A stretch of DNA of 64,000 nucleotides from assembly GCF_028689785.1 (NCBI RefSeq), contig NZ_JAQVCN010000025.1:319-64318 (forward strand). Direction: 5' to 3'. Of this stretch, positions 49,036 through 59,682 are shown piece after piece. The stretch's first letter is position 1. Every line of letters begins with the position of its first letter. Position numbers and translations under genes: made by a program. This DNA comes from Zoogloea sp. GTDB taxonomy: Bacteria > Pseudomonadota > Gammaproteobacteria > Burkholderiales > Rhodocyclaceae. Under the pieces are notes generated by a model. It was given only the letters and a program-made list of their open reading frames with translations, was not told the DNA's origin and did no database searches.

Positions 49036-49980
49036 TCAGGCCAGGGGGTCGGCTTCGCGGAAGCGTTCGAGGAGGAGGGGCGAGGCTTCGGGGGTCTGGC
49101 CGTTGGCGAGCTGGAAGAGGGCGTCCAGGTGGCTTTCGGAGGCGGGCAGCAGGCGGCGGTAGACTTCCTTGCACAGCAGGCGGGCTTTCTGGCCCGGCCA
49201 CTCGGCGGGCAGCAGCACATCGGGCAGCTCCGGGTCGCGCAGCAGCAGACGGCGGTAGTCGTGGATCAACAGGGTGCGCAGCAGGAAGGCGCTTTCCCCG
49301 TCGATGTCCTCCTGCACGTCGGCCCGCAGTTGCGCCAGCACCGGCTGGTAGCGGTCGACGAACTCGGCATACATGGCGGCGAGTCGTTCCAGGTTCCAGG
49401 CGCCATGCACCATGTCGATGTCGTTGGCGGCGTTGCCGAACTGGGCGTCGGCGGCGAGCAGGGGTTTGAGCTTGCCCAGCAGCTCCGACAGGCCTTCGGC
49501 GATCAGGGCGTCGAAGGCTGCCGACAGATCGGCGCTGGGGTGTACGAAACAGTCTCCGCCGATCACCCCGAAGCCCTGCCAGAACAGGGCGCGGCGCAGG
49601 GCCTCGCGCTGTTTCGGGGCGAGATCGCCGACCGTCACGATCAGACGCCAGCGGCGGTCCCACTGGGGGGCGCTGGAGGCGTAGATGTGGCGGGAGGCTT
49701 CCTCGAAGCGGCGCTGGCCGGACGGGGTGAGCAGGTAGTCGGTGCGCCGCCCCGAGGGCTCGGTGCGCAGCCATTCTTCCTTGGCCAGCCGGAAGACCGA
49801 GGTGCGCACCAGGCGCTCGTTGAGCTCAAGCGGCTCCAGCAGGCGGATCAGGCTGCCCAGCCAGATCCGCCCCCCGCGGGGCAGTATGGCGTCGCCGAAC
49901 ACCGAGATGATGAGTGAGCCAGCCTGCACGCGGCCCTGCTGGCGAAAGTCGTCGAGGCGTTTCTGAACGGGGGAATGCAC
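49036..49980 (-). CDS. paaX: Phenylacetate degradation repressor PaaX; start uncertain (GTG 49980)
   Basis: SLIISVFGDAILPRGG, ERLVRTSVFRLAKEEW, RRALFWQGFG, LIHDYRRLLLRDPELP. Confidence 0.93.
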   Translation of the reverse strand: MHSPVQKRLDDFRQQGRVQAGSLIISVFGDAILPRGGRIWLGSLIRLLEPLELNERLVRTSVFRLAKEEWLRTEPSGRRTDYLLTPSGQRRFEEASRHIYASSAPQWDRRWRLIVTVGDLAPKQREALRRALFWQGFGVIGGDCFVHPSADLSAAFDALIAEGLSELLGKLKPLLAADAQFGNAANDIDMVHGAWNLERLAAMYAEFVDRYQPVLAQLRADVQEDIDGESAFLLRTLLIHDYRRLLLRDPELPDVLLPAEWPGQKARLLCKEVYRRLLPASESHLDALFQLANGQTPEASPLLLERFREADPLA

Positions 49981-50062
49981 TGTAGCCGAAGCGGATGAGA
50001 GGCATGAAAGCGGCGAGTTTAGCGACTCGCCCTGCTTATGGGTAGCGCGCCTCCTGGCCGGC

Positions 50063-51112
50063 TCAGAAGCTGAGGAGATGATCCGCATCGGCCACCACCG
50101 GCTGCTGCTGGGCAAAGAAGCCCTCGGTGTGCACCCTTTCCGGCACGGCCCCCAGCCCTTTCACCGTGGCCACGCAGCTGTCCACAAAGGCCGGGCTGCC
50201 GGCGGCAAACACGGTGTGCTTCGACAGATCCGGAAACAGGCCGGGCAGCACGCTGTCGATGCGGCCGGAGAGGCTGTCATCGCGAAGCTCACGGGTCAGG
50301 GTGATCCGGTAATCGAAGTTGCGGTGCTTGGTGCGCCACCAGGCCAGCATGCCCCGGCTATACACATCGGCTTCACTGCGGGCCGAGAAGATCACCGTGA
50401 CCGGCTTGCGAAAACCCCGGCGCAGGGCGGCTTCGGTAAGCGCGAGGATAGGGGCGAGGCCTGTGCCGGCGGCCAGGCACAGCACCGGGGTGTCCACGCC
50501 AGGGTCGCCGATGAAGGTGCCGTAGGCGCCGGAGAGCTTCACGCTCTCGCCCACCGCCAGGCTGTCGTGCACCCACTGGCTGGTGATGCCGCCGTCGGCC
50601 CGGGCCACCTGCAGCACCAGCTCGCCATCCGGGCGCGGGGCGTTGGCTATCGAGTAGGCCCGGGCTGGGATGTCGGCCCGGGGGTTGCCCAGGGTGACGT
50701 ACTGGCCGGGCCAGTAGCGGATGGGCTGGCCCACCGGGCGCAGGCGCAGCTCGACCACCCGCTCGGCCACCGGGCGCTTGTCGACGAGCACGAAGAGGGC
50801 GTCCTCCCGGGGCGGAAAGAGCTTGGGCTTGGCGTCTTCGGTGCCCCATTCGATGGTCAGCTCGTCGGAGATGGGCTTGGCCATGCACATCAGGCCGTAG
50901 CCCTGGCGGCGTTCTTCCCGGGACAGGGCCATGTCCAGCACCATGCCCTGGTCGAACTGGCCGGCCGTGACCTTGACTTTGCATTCGCCGCAGGCGCCAG
51001 CGCGGCAGTTGTTGGGGAGGGCGTAGCCGGCCTTCTCAAGGGCCATCAAAACGGTGTCGCCGTAGGCGCAGTCCACCGACTTGCCCGAGGGTTGCATGAT
51101 GATGCGGGACAT
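50063..51112 (-). CDS. [2Fe-2S]/FAD/NAD(P)H oxygenase reductase
   Basis: CRAGACGECK...C ferredoxin domain; YWPGQY, RAYSIAN, GAYG, AGTGLAP, AGSPAFV. Confidence 0.92.
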   Translation of the reverse strand: MSRIIMQPSGKSVDCAYGDTVLMALEKAGYALPNNCRAGACGECKVKVTAGQFDQGMVLDMALSREERRQGYGLMCMAKPISDELTIEWGTEDAKPKLFPPREDALFVLVDKRPVAERVVELRLRPVGQPIRYWPGQYVTLGNPRADIPARAYSIANAPRPDGELVLQVARADGGITSQWVHDSLAVGESVKLSGAYGTFIGDPGVDTPVLCLAAGTGLAPILALTEAALRRGFRKPVTVIFSARSEADVYSRGMLAWWRTKHRNFDYRITLTRELRDDSLSGRIDSVLPGLFPDLSKHTVFAAGSPAFVDSCVATVKGLGAVPERVHTEGFFAQQQPVVADADHLLSF

Positions 51113-51212
51113 TGAAGATTCCTGTCAGATTGAGGTCATTTTCAGCGGGGCAGGGGCGTGTGAGGCCGATGTCGTCGTGTGTAGGCCCCTGCACTGCCCC
51201 TGCGGCCCTGAG

Positions 51213-52241
51213 TCAGAACACGGGAATGATGTCTTCCATGTCCAGGTCGCTGACTTCCTGGCCGGTGATGCCCACCTCGGGGATGGCCGGGAAGGGGATG
51301 TTGTAGCGGTCGAGCACGCCCTTCAGGTTGACCATCGCGTTCTTCCAGTTCTGCAGCTTGGCCTCGTAGGTGGGGATACCGAAGCCGGCGCCGCGGGCCA
51401 CTTCCTCGGCTTCGCGCTGGTTGTCGATGAAGTCGGCGCGCAGATCCCAGAACTCCATGGGCGGTTCGAACAGCACTGCGGACAGGAACAGGTAGCCGGC
51501 GCGGATCTGCTTGGTGACGATGGCCTTGGTCTCGTCCTTGAGGCCCGGGTAGTCCCGCTCCATCACCGCCATGCAGATGGCCATGTGGCGGCCCTCGTCA
51601 CGGCCGATGTTGCGAAAACCCTCCTTGAACACCGCCTCGCGGGAGTTCTCGTACATCTGCTTGAAGATGGTGGCGGCGGCGATCTCGCCCATCAGGAAGG
51701 AGCTGAACAGCACGGCCAGATCGTACTTGGGCACGGCCTGCTTGTAGCCGGCCCAGTAGCGGCCGCCATTGAAGTACAGCCAGGCCACGTTCTTCTGCAG
51801 GCGCTTGCCGAGCTCAGTCTTGGGCTGATAGGTCAGCGGGTCGGGGTGACCCAGCAGCCTGGTGATGGCCAGCCCGCACATGATCTCGTGGTTCTGCTCG
51901 TCCCGGGTCACCGAGAAGAAGCACTTGCGCACCGGGTCTTCCTCGTGGACCTCGTAGGTCTTGATCAGGGCCTCGGCAAAAACCGGTGGTGCGGAGGCGT
52001 CGAACACCGATAGCAGGCTCCACCAGTAGGCGATGGATTCGCGCTCTTCCCAGCTGTAGCTGTCCAGGTCCAGGGTGTCCCAGGGCAGCTTTTCCGGGTC
52101 CCAGTTTTCGCGCAGGGAGGCCTCCCAGACTTCCTGCAGCTTCTTTGTCTTGCTGTTCCACGACAGGGGATAGATGTTGGGCTGCGCGGTGGCAGGCGGA
52201 AATTCCATTTTGTCGGCAAAACGTTCCTTGTGACTGGCCAT
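51213..52241 (-). CDS. Ferritin-like diiron-carboxylate protein (probable oxygenase), family unassigned
   Basis: 342 aa; FDAS...DEQNH...GEIAA...DEGRH ligand pattern; directly upstream of a reductase. Confidence 0.75.
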   Translation of the reverse strand: MASHKERFADKMEFPPATAQPNIYPLSWNSKTKKLQEVWEASLRENWDPEKLPWDTLDLDSYSWEERESIAYWWSLLSVFDASAPPVFAEALIKTYEVHEEDPVRKCFFSVTRDEQNHEIMCGLAITRLLGHPDPLTYQPKTELGKRLQKNVAWLYFNGGRYWAGYKQAVPKYDLAVLFSSFLMGEIAAATIFKQMYENSREAVFKEGFRNIGRDEGRHMAICMAVMERDYPGLKDETKAIVTKQIRAGYLFLSAVLFEPPMEFWDLRADFIDNQREAEEVARGAGFGIPTYEAKLQNWKNAMVNLKGVLDRYNIPFPAIPEVGITGQEVSDLDMEDIIPVF

Positions 52242-52312
52242 GACTCCTCCTTGGTGTGCTCTGGTCGTGCTTCGTTGGCATCCAAACCCTTGCGGTTTGT
52301 GAGGTTAATAGT

Positions 52313-52349
52313 GATACAAAAATAAATTATCAGTCAACAAAAATGTATC
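52313..52349. promoter_or_regulatory. PaaX-type operator over the promoter of the diiron oxygenase operon
   Basis: GATACA-N25-TGTATC enclosing TTGACT on the minus strand (52337-52332). Confidence 0.68.
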
Positions 52350-52510
52350 GCTTTTGATTGGCGTGGCAAAACCGTGCTGCCATAAAAAAATTCTTTGCCT
52401 GCGCTATTTTTTGCCGAAATAGGAATTCAAGTGCTTGTTTTTATTTGAATTACTTTTATGTAAACCAGTTCTGAAATACAGAATTTCATGGTTTTCTATC
52501 AGATTGATTC

Positions 52511-52550
52511 GATACCTAGCATTGACATAGATCATGTGTATTTGTAACGT
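52511..52550 (+). promoter_or_regulatory. Sigma70 promoter of the paaN operon with a degenerate operator half-site
   Basis: TTGACA (52522)-N17-TAACGT (52545); CGATACC just upstream of the -35, as at the other two sites. Confidence 0.6.
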
Positions 52551-52587
52551 TTGCATCAAGAGAGCACACCCAACCGGAGACAAGACA

Positions 52588-54255
52588 ATGACTCACCCCC
52601 TGTTCGAGAAGCATCGCGCCACCCTGGAGGGCGCCCTGGGCGCCATCGCCACCCGGAGCTACTGGTCCGCCTATCCCGAGATGCCCAGCCCCAAGGCGTA
52701 TGGCGAAACGGCGCCTGACGATGGCAAGCGTGCTTTCGAAGCCCACCTGAGCAAGCCCTTCGAGCTGGGGCAGCCGGGCCAGAGTGGCTGGCATGGTGGT
52801 GAGTCCTCGCCCTACGGCGTGGCCCTGGGGGTGAGTTACCCGGTGTGTGATCCGGAGGCCCTGATCGCCGCCGGCCTGGAGGCCATGAAGGGCTGGCAGG
52901 CGGTGGGGGCCGATGGCCGCACCGGTATCTGTATGGAGATCCTCGACCGCCTCAACAAGCAGAGCTTCGAGCTTGCCCACGCGGTGATGATGACCACCGG
53001 CCAGGGCTGGATGATGGCCTTCCAGGCCGGCGCGCCCCATGCCCAGGATCGCGGCCTCGAAGCCGTCGCCTACGCCTGGCGCGAACAGAGCTTTGTGCCC
53101 GCCGAGGCCGTGTGGGAGAAGCCCCAGGGCAAGAACCCGGCCCTGGTCATGAAGAAGCATTTCCAGATCGTCGGCCGCGGCATCGGCCTGGTGGTGGGCT
53201 GCGGCACCTTTCCCACCTGGAACACCTATCCGGGCCTGTTTGCGGCACTGTCCACCGGCAACGCGGTGATCATCAAGCCCCACAGCAACGCCATCCTGCC
53301 GGCGGCCATCACCGTGCGTACCATTCGCGCCGTGCTCGCCGAAAACGGCATCGACCCCAACCTCGTCACCCTGTGCGTCACCGAGAAGCGCGCCACCACC
53401 CAGGCTCTGGCCACCCACCCGGCGGTCAAGTCCGTTGATTTCACAGGCAGCAATGTGTTTGGCCAGTGGCTCATCGACAACAGCCGCCAGGCCCAGGTGT
53501 ATGCCGAGCTGGCCGGGGTGAACAACATCGTCATCGACTCCACCAACGCCTACAAGGCCATGCTGGGCAACCTGGCCTTCACCCTGTCCCTGTACTCCGG
53601 CCAGATGTGCACCACCTCCCAGGCCATCTTTGTGCCGGCCGGTGGCATCCAGACCGAAGACGGCCCCAAGAGCTACGACGAGTTCTGCGCCGATCTGGCC
53701 AAGGCCATCGAGCGCTTCCTGTCCAAGCCCGAAGTGGCCCACGCCGTGCTGGGCGCCATCCAGTCCGCCGACACCGCCGAGCGCATCGAGCTGGCCAACA
53801 GTGGCGCCCTGGGCAAGGTGGTGCTGGCCTCCACGGCCCTGGAGAACCCCGAGTTCCCGGCTGCCAAGGTGCGCACTCCGGTGCTCTTGGCCTGCGATGC
53901 CGCCGACGAAAAGGCCTACATGGAAGAGCGCTTCGGCCCCATCAGCTTCATCGTCAAGGTGGCCGACACGGCCGCCGCCATCGCCCTGTCGGAGCGGGTG
54001 GTCAGCACCCACGGTGCGCTCACTGCCGGCGTCTACTCCACTCGCCAGGACGTGATCGATGCCATGACCGAAGCCACCTGGCGCAGCAAGGTCGCCCTGT
54101 CCATCAACCTCACCGGCGGCGTCTTCGTCAATCAGTCGGCGGCCTACTCCGACTACCACGGCACCGGTGGCAACCCGGCAGCCAACGCGTCTTACGCCGA
54201 TTCGGCCTTCGTTGCGAATCGTTTCCGCGTGATCCAGCGTCGTTACCACGCCTGA
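52588..54255 (+). CDS. paaN: Phenylacetate degradation aldehyde dehydrogenase PaaN (ALDH only, no MaoC domain)
   Basis: MTHPLFEKH, QAGAPHAQDRGLEA, GCGTFPTWN, DFTGS, ELAGVN, YSGQMCT, EERFGP. Confidence 0.9.
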   Translation: MTHPLFEKHRATLEGALGAIATRSYWSAYPEMPSPKAYGETAPDDGKRAFEAHLSKPFELGQPGQSGWHGGESSPYGVALGVSYPVCDPEALIAAGLEAMKGWQAVGADGRTGICMEILDRLNKQSFELAHAVMMTTGQGWMMAFQAGAPHAQDRGLEAVAYAWREQSFVPAEAVWEKPQGKNPALVMKKHFQIVGRGIGLVVGCGTFPTWNTYPGLFAALSTGNAVIIKPHSNAILPAAITVRTIRAVLAENGIDPNLVTLCVTEKRATTQALATHPAVKSVDFTGSNVFGQWLIDNSRQAQVYAELAGVNNIVIDSTNAYKAMLGNLAFTLSLYSGQMCTTSQAIFVPAGGIQTEDGPKSYDEFCADLAKAIERFLSKPEVAHAVLGAIQSADTAERIELANSGALGKVVLASTALENPEFPAAKVRTPVLLACDAADEKAYMEERFGPISFIVKVADTAAAIALSERVVSTHGALTAGVYSTRQDVIDAMTEATWRSKVALSINLTGGVFVNQSAAYSDYHGTGGNPAANASYADSAFVANRFRVIQRRYHA

Positions 54256-54264
54256 GGCCCCGCC

Positions 54265-55062
54265 ATGGACTACAAGAACATCCTCTTCACCATCGAGGCG
54301 GGCGTCGCTCGCCTGACCCTCAACCGCCCCGACAAGCTCAACAGCTTCACCGGCGAGATGCATGCCGAGCTGCGTGACGCCCTCGACATCGTCCAGGCCG
54401 ACACTTCGATCCGTGTGCTGGTCCTCACCGGCGCCGGTCGCGCCTTCTGCGCCGGCCAGGATCTGGCCGACCCGGACATGGCCCGGACTGCCAGCGGCGG
54501 CATGCCGGACATCGGCAACGTGGTCGAGAAGAACTACAAGCCTCTGGTGCTGCGCCTGCAGAATCTGCGCGTGCCCACCATTGCGGCCGTCAATGGCATC
54601 GCCGCCGGTGCCGGCGCCAGCGTGGCCCTGGCCTGTGACCTGGTGATCGCCAGCCAGTCCGCGTCCTTCCTGCAGGCCTTCAGCAAGATCGGTCTGGTGC
54701 CGGATACCGGCGGAACGTGGTTCCTGCCCCAGCGGGTCGGCATGGCCCGGGCCATGGGCCTGGCCCTGCTGGCCGACAAGCTGCCCGCCGCCAAGGCCGC
54801 CGAGTGGGGCCTGATCTGGGAGGCGGTGGCCGACGACGCCTTTGCCGCCCGCGTCGGCGCCCTGGCGACCCAACTGGCCTCCATGCCCACCAAGGCCCTG
54901 GTGCGCACCCGCCAGGCCATGCACGCCGCGCCGGGCCACACCCTGGAGCAGCAGCTCTCCTTTGAAGGCGGCTTCATGCGCGAGCTGGGCTGGAGCCCGG
55001 ACTACGCCGAAGGCGTGGCCGCCTTCATGGAAAAGCGCGCACCGAAGTTCACCGGGGAATGA
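54265..55062 (+). CDS. paaG: 1,2-epoxyphenylacetyl-CoA isomerase
   Basis: LNRPDKLNSF, FCAGQDL, AGAGASVALACD, IGLVPDTGGTW. Confidence 0.92.
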   Translation: MDYKNILFTIEAGVARLTLNRPDKLNSFTGEMHAELRDALDIVQADTSIRVLVLTGAGRAFCAGQDLADPDMARTASGGMPDIGNVVEKNYKPLVLRLQNLRVPTIAAVNGIAAGAGASVALACDLVIASQSASFLQAFSKIGLVPDTGGTWFLPQRVGMARAMGLALLADKLPAAKAAEWGLIWEAVADDAFAARVGALATQLASMPTKALVRTRQAMHAAPGHTLEQQLSFEGGFMRELGWSPDYAEGVAAFMEKRAPKFTGE

Positions 55063-56606
55063 GTGTGAGCCAGCCCCTCATCACCCAGCCTCTCTCCACC
55101 CAATCCGTGATCGCCGTGGTCGGTACCGGGGCCATGGGCGCCGGTATTGCCCAGGTGGCGGCCGCCGCCGGCCATCCGGTCAAGCTGCTCGACAACCGCC
55201 CGGGTGCCGCCGCCAAGGCGGTGGAGGGCATCCAGGCCCAGTTTGCCAAGCTCGCCGACAAGGGCCGCATGAGCGTGGACGCCGCCCAGGCCGCCAGCGC
55301 CCGCCTGATCTCCGTGGAGCAGCTCGGTGACCTGGCCGACGCCGCCCTGGTGGTCGAGGCCATCGTCGAAAACCTCCAGGCCAAGCAAACCCTCTACAAG
55401 GATCTCGAAGCCATCGTCGGCGCCGACTGCCTGTTCGGCACCAACACCTCGTCCATCTCCGTCACCGCCATCGGTGCCGTGCTGCAGCGGCCGGAGCGCC
55501 TGGCCGGCCTGCACTTCTTCAACCCGGCGCCCCTGATGGCCTTGGTGGAGATCGTCTCTGGCCTGGCCACCGACAAAGCCGTGGCCGACACCCTGTTCGC
55601 CACGGCCGCGGCCTGGGGCAAGACCCCGGTGCATGCCAAGTCCACCCCGGGCTTCATCGTCAATCGCGTGGCCCGGCCGTACTACGCCGAAGCCCTGCGC
55701 ATCGTGGGGGAGGGCGGCGCCGACTGTGCCACCCTCGACGCGGTGATGCGCGAAGCCGGCGGTTTCCGCATGGGCCCCTTCGAGCTGATGGACATGATCG
55801 GCCACGACGTGAACTTCGCCGTGACCCGTTCGGTGTGGAGCGCCTTCTACAATGACCCGCGCTTCACTCCGTCGCTGATCCAGCAGGAACTGGTGGAGGC
55901 GGGCTTCCACGGCCGCAAGACCGGGCGGGGCTTCTACGACTATCGGCAAGGTGCCGAGCGCCCCGAGCCGAAGAGTGCCGTGGCCCAGAGCGTGCCCGAC
56001 AACATCGTGCTCCACGGCGACTCTGCCGCCGCCCAGGCCATTGCCGACCGTCTGTATGAACACAATGTGGCCTATACCTGGGGTGAGGCCAGCGACGGTC
56101 GGGTGGCCGAGGTGGGCGGCGCGGTGGTCTTCATCACCGATGGCCGCACCGCCACCCGCCGCGCGGTGGAGGAGGGCATCGACAATCTGGTGCTCATCGA
56201 CCTGGCCCTGGATTACGCCAAGGCCACGCGTCTTGCCGTGGGCGCCGCCATCAACTGCTACGCCCCGGCCGTGGGCGCGGCCATCGGCCTGCTGCAGGCG
56301 GCCGGTTTCGCCGTGTCGCGTCTGGGGGACATCCCCGGGCTGGCGGTGATGCGCACCGTGGCCATGCTTGCCAATGAGGCCGCTGATGCGGTCAATCAGG
56401 GCGTGTGCGATGCCGCCGCCGCCGATTCGGCCATGCGCCTGGGGGTCAATTACCCCCGCGGGCCCCTGGCCTGGGCCGACAGCACCGGCCTGCCCCTCAT
56501 CAATCGCGTGCTCGCCAACCTGGCTAACCACTATGGCGAAGACCGCTACCGGGTCTCCCCGCTGATCCAGCAGCACGTCCTTGCAGGAAAGAACATCCAT
56601 GTCTGA
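55059..56606 (+). CDS. paaH: 3-hydroxyadipyl-CoA dehydrogenase
   Basis: GTGAMGAGIA, TNTSSIS, GLHFFNPAP, PGFIVNR, MGPFELMD, YGEDRYR. Confidence 0.93.
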   Translation: MSVSQPLITQPLSTQSVIAVVGTGAMGAGIAQVAAAAGHPVKLLDNRPGAAAKAVEGIQAQFAKLADKGRMSVDAAQAASARLISVEQLGDLADAALVVEAIVENLQAKQTLYKDLEAIVGADCLFGTNTSSISVTAIGAVLQRPERLAGLHFFNPAPLMALVEIVSGLATDKAVADTLFATAAAWGKTPVHAKSTPGFIVNRVARPYYAEALRIVGEGGADCATLDAVMREAGGFRMGPFELMDMIGHDVNFAVTRSVWSAFYNDPRFTPSLIQQELVEAGFHGRKTGRGFYDYRQGAERPEPKSAVAQSVPDNIVLHGDSAAAQAIADRLYEHNVAYTWGEASDGRVAEVGGAVVFITDGRTATRRAVEEGIDNLVLIDLALDYAKATRLAVGAAINCYAPAVGAAIGLLQAAGFAVSRLGDIPGLAVMRTVAMLANEAADAVNQGVCDAAAADSAMRLGVNYPRGPLAWADSTGLPLINRVLANLANHYGEDRYRVSPLIQQHVLAGKNIHV

Positions 56607-57063
56607 AACCCTGATCCCCACCGACCCCCAGGCCTTGGCCGAGGCTGTCACTGAAGCCATGTGGTCCCGCGATCGGGCCGCCCGGGCCCTCGGCATGCAG
56701 GTCGAGGCCGTCGGCGCCGGCCATGCCCGCCTCACCATGAAAGTGCGGGGTGACATGGTCAATGGCCATCACATCTGTCATGGCGGTCTGATTTTCACTC
56801 TGGCGGACACGGCGTTTGCCTACGCCTGCAACAGCTACAACAGGAATACCGTGGCCTCCGCCTGCCACATCGACTTCCTTGCCCCGGGCAAGGAGGGTGA
56901 CACCCTGGAAGCCGAAGCCGTCGAGATGTCGGCAGCGGGCCGGACCGGCGTTTACGACGTCACCATCCGCGACAGCGCCGGTAAGACCATTGCCCTGTTC
57001 CGGGGCAAGAGCTACCGGATTTCCGGCGAAGTGATCGCCGGTCTCCAGGCCGAAGAGGCCTGA
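56599..57063 (+). CDS. paaI: Acyl-CoA thioesterase PaaI
   Basis: NGHHICHGGLIFTLADTAFAYACNS hotdog motif; ALFRGKS. Confidence 0.93.
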   Translation: MSETLIPTDPQALAEAVTEAMWSRDRAARALGMQVEAVGAGHARLTMKVRGDMVNGHHICHGGLIFTLADTAFAYACNSYNRNTVASACHIDFLAPGKEGDTLEAEAVEMSAAGRTGVYDVTIRDSAGKTIALFRGKSYRISGEVIAGLQAEEA

Positions 57064-57100
57064 ACAGCACCCGTTCAAGAACAATGCAGAGGAGACATCC

Positions 57101-58426
57101 ATGACCGCCAAATTCCCCCAGGCCGGCGAACTCGACCCCATAGAAACCGCCAGTCGTGATGAGATCTCGGCACTCCAGCTGGAGCGCCTCAAGTGGTCCG
57201 TGCGCCACACCTACGACAACGTTGAGCCCTACCGCCGGAAGTGCCTGGACAAGGGGGTGCATCCGGACGATCTGAAGCAGCTCTCCGACCTGTCGAAGTT
57301 CCCCTTCATGACCAAGTCGGACCTACGCGACAACTACCCCTTCGGGCTGTTTGCCGTGCCGCGCAGCCAGGTGGCGCGCCTGCACGCCTCGTCGGGTACC
57401 ACCGGCAAGTCGGTGGTGGTGGGTTACACCAAGCGCGATATCGACAACTGGGCTGAGGTGGTGGCCCGCTCCATCCGCGCCGCAGGTGGCCGGCCGGGCG
57501 ACATGGTGCATGTGGCTTACGGCTACGGCATGTTCACCGGCGGTCTGGGTGCCCACTACGGTGTCGAACGCCTGGGCTGTACGGCGGTGCCCATGTCCGG
57601 CGGCCAGACCGAGAAGCAGGTCCAGCAGATCATGGACTTCAAGCCCGAGATCATCATGGTCACCCCGTCCTACTCCCTGGTGATCGCCGAGGAGTTCGAG
57701 CGCCTGGGCATCAAACCCGACGAGATCTCCCTCAAGGTCGGCATCTTCGGGGCCGAGCCCTGGGGCCAGGGCATGCGCGCCGAGATCGAACGCAAGTTGG
57801 GCATCGACGCCATCGACATCTACGGCCTGACCGAAGTGATGGGCCCCGGCGTGGCCTGTGAGTGCATCGAGACGAAGGATGGCCCGGTGATCTGGGAAGA
57901 CCACTTCTACCCCGAGATCATCGACCCGGAAACCGGCGAAGTGCTGCCCGATGGCGAAGAGGGCGAGCTGGTGTTCACCTCCCTGACCAAGGAGGCCTTC
58001 CCGGTCATTCGCTACCGCACCCGCGACCTGACCCGCCTGCTCAAGCCCACCTCCCGGGCCTTCCGGCGCATGGACAAGATCGTCGGCCGCTCCGACGACA
58101 TGCTGATCGTGCGCGGGGTGAACGTGTTCCCGACCCAGATCGAGGAGCAGATCCTGCGCGAACCGCGCCTCACCGGAAACTACCAGATCGTGCTGACCCG
58201 CGACGGCCACCTGGACAACGTGGAGATCCGCTGCGAGCTGCAGCGCGAGCTGTCCGGCCATGTGGGCCGCGGCACCATCGAGGAGATCAGCCGCAGCGTG
58301 GCCCAGCACATCAAGACCATCATCGGCATCAGCACCAGGGTGAACGTGATGGACTTCGACAGCATCCCGCGCACCCAGACCGGCAAGGCTCGCCGGGTCA
58401 TCGATCAGCGCCCGAAGCAACTGTAA
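57101..58426 (+). CDS. paaK: Phenylacetate-CoA ligase
   Basis: HASSGTTGK, YGYGMFTGGLGAHYG, DIYGLTEVMGPG, RYRTRD, GRSDDM, GKARR. Confidence 0.96.
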   Translation: MTAKFPQAGELDPIETASRDEISALQLERLKWSVRHTYDNVEPYRRKCLDKGVHPDDLKQLSDLSKFPFMTKSDLRDNYPFGLFAVPRSQVARLHASSGTTGKSVVVGYTKRDIDNWAEVVARSIRAAGGRPGDMVHVAYGYGMFTGGLGAHYGVERLGCTAVPMSGGQTEKQVQQIMDFKPEIIMVTPSYSLVIAEEFERLGIKPDEISLKVGIFGAEPWGQGMRAEIERKLGIDAIDIYGLTEVMGPGVACECIETKDGPVIWEDHFYPEIIDPETGEVLPDGEEGELVFTSLTKEAFPVIRYRTRDLTRLLKPTSRAFRRMDKIVGRSDDMLIVRGVNVFPTQIEEQILREPRLTGNYQIVLTRDGHLDNVEIRCELQRELSGHVGRGTIEEISRSVAQHIKTIIGISTRVNVMDFDSIPRTQTGKARRVIDQRPKQL

Positions 58427-58448
58427 GCGTCGCAAAGGAAAGAACATC

Positions 58449-59654
<1,206 letters not shown>

Positions 59655-59682
59655 AGCACAACCATAAAGAGGAGACACACCC

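Noticed and set aside
51213-52241. Assigning the diiron protein as BoxB, a PaaA paralogue or ribonucleotide reductase R2
   Set aside because: Only the generic ligand pattern is shared; I could not recognise family-specific motifs, and no boxA/boxC or nrdA is present.
52360-52440. Sigma54 promoter and IHF site in the paa control region
   Set aside because: GG-GC spacing is 9 rather than 10; the IHF-like ATTCAAGTGCTTG has a core mismatch and is easily matched by chance in AT-rich DNA.
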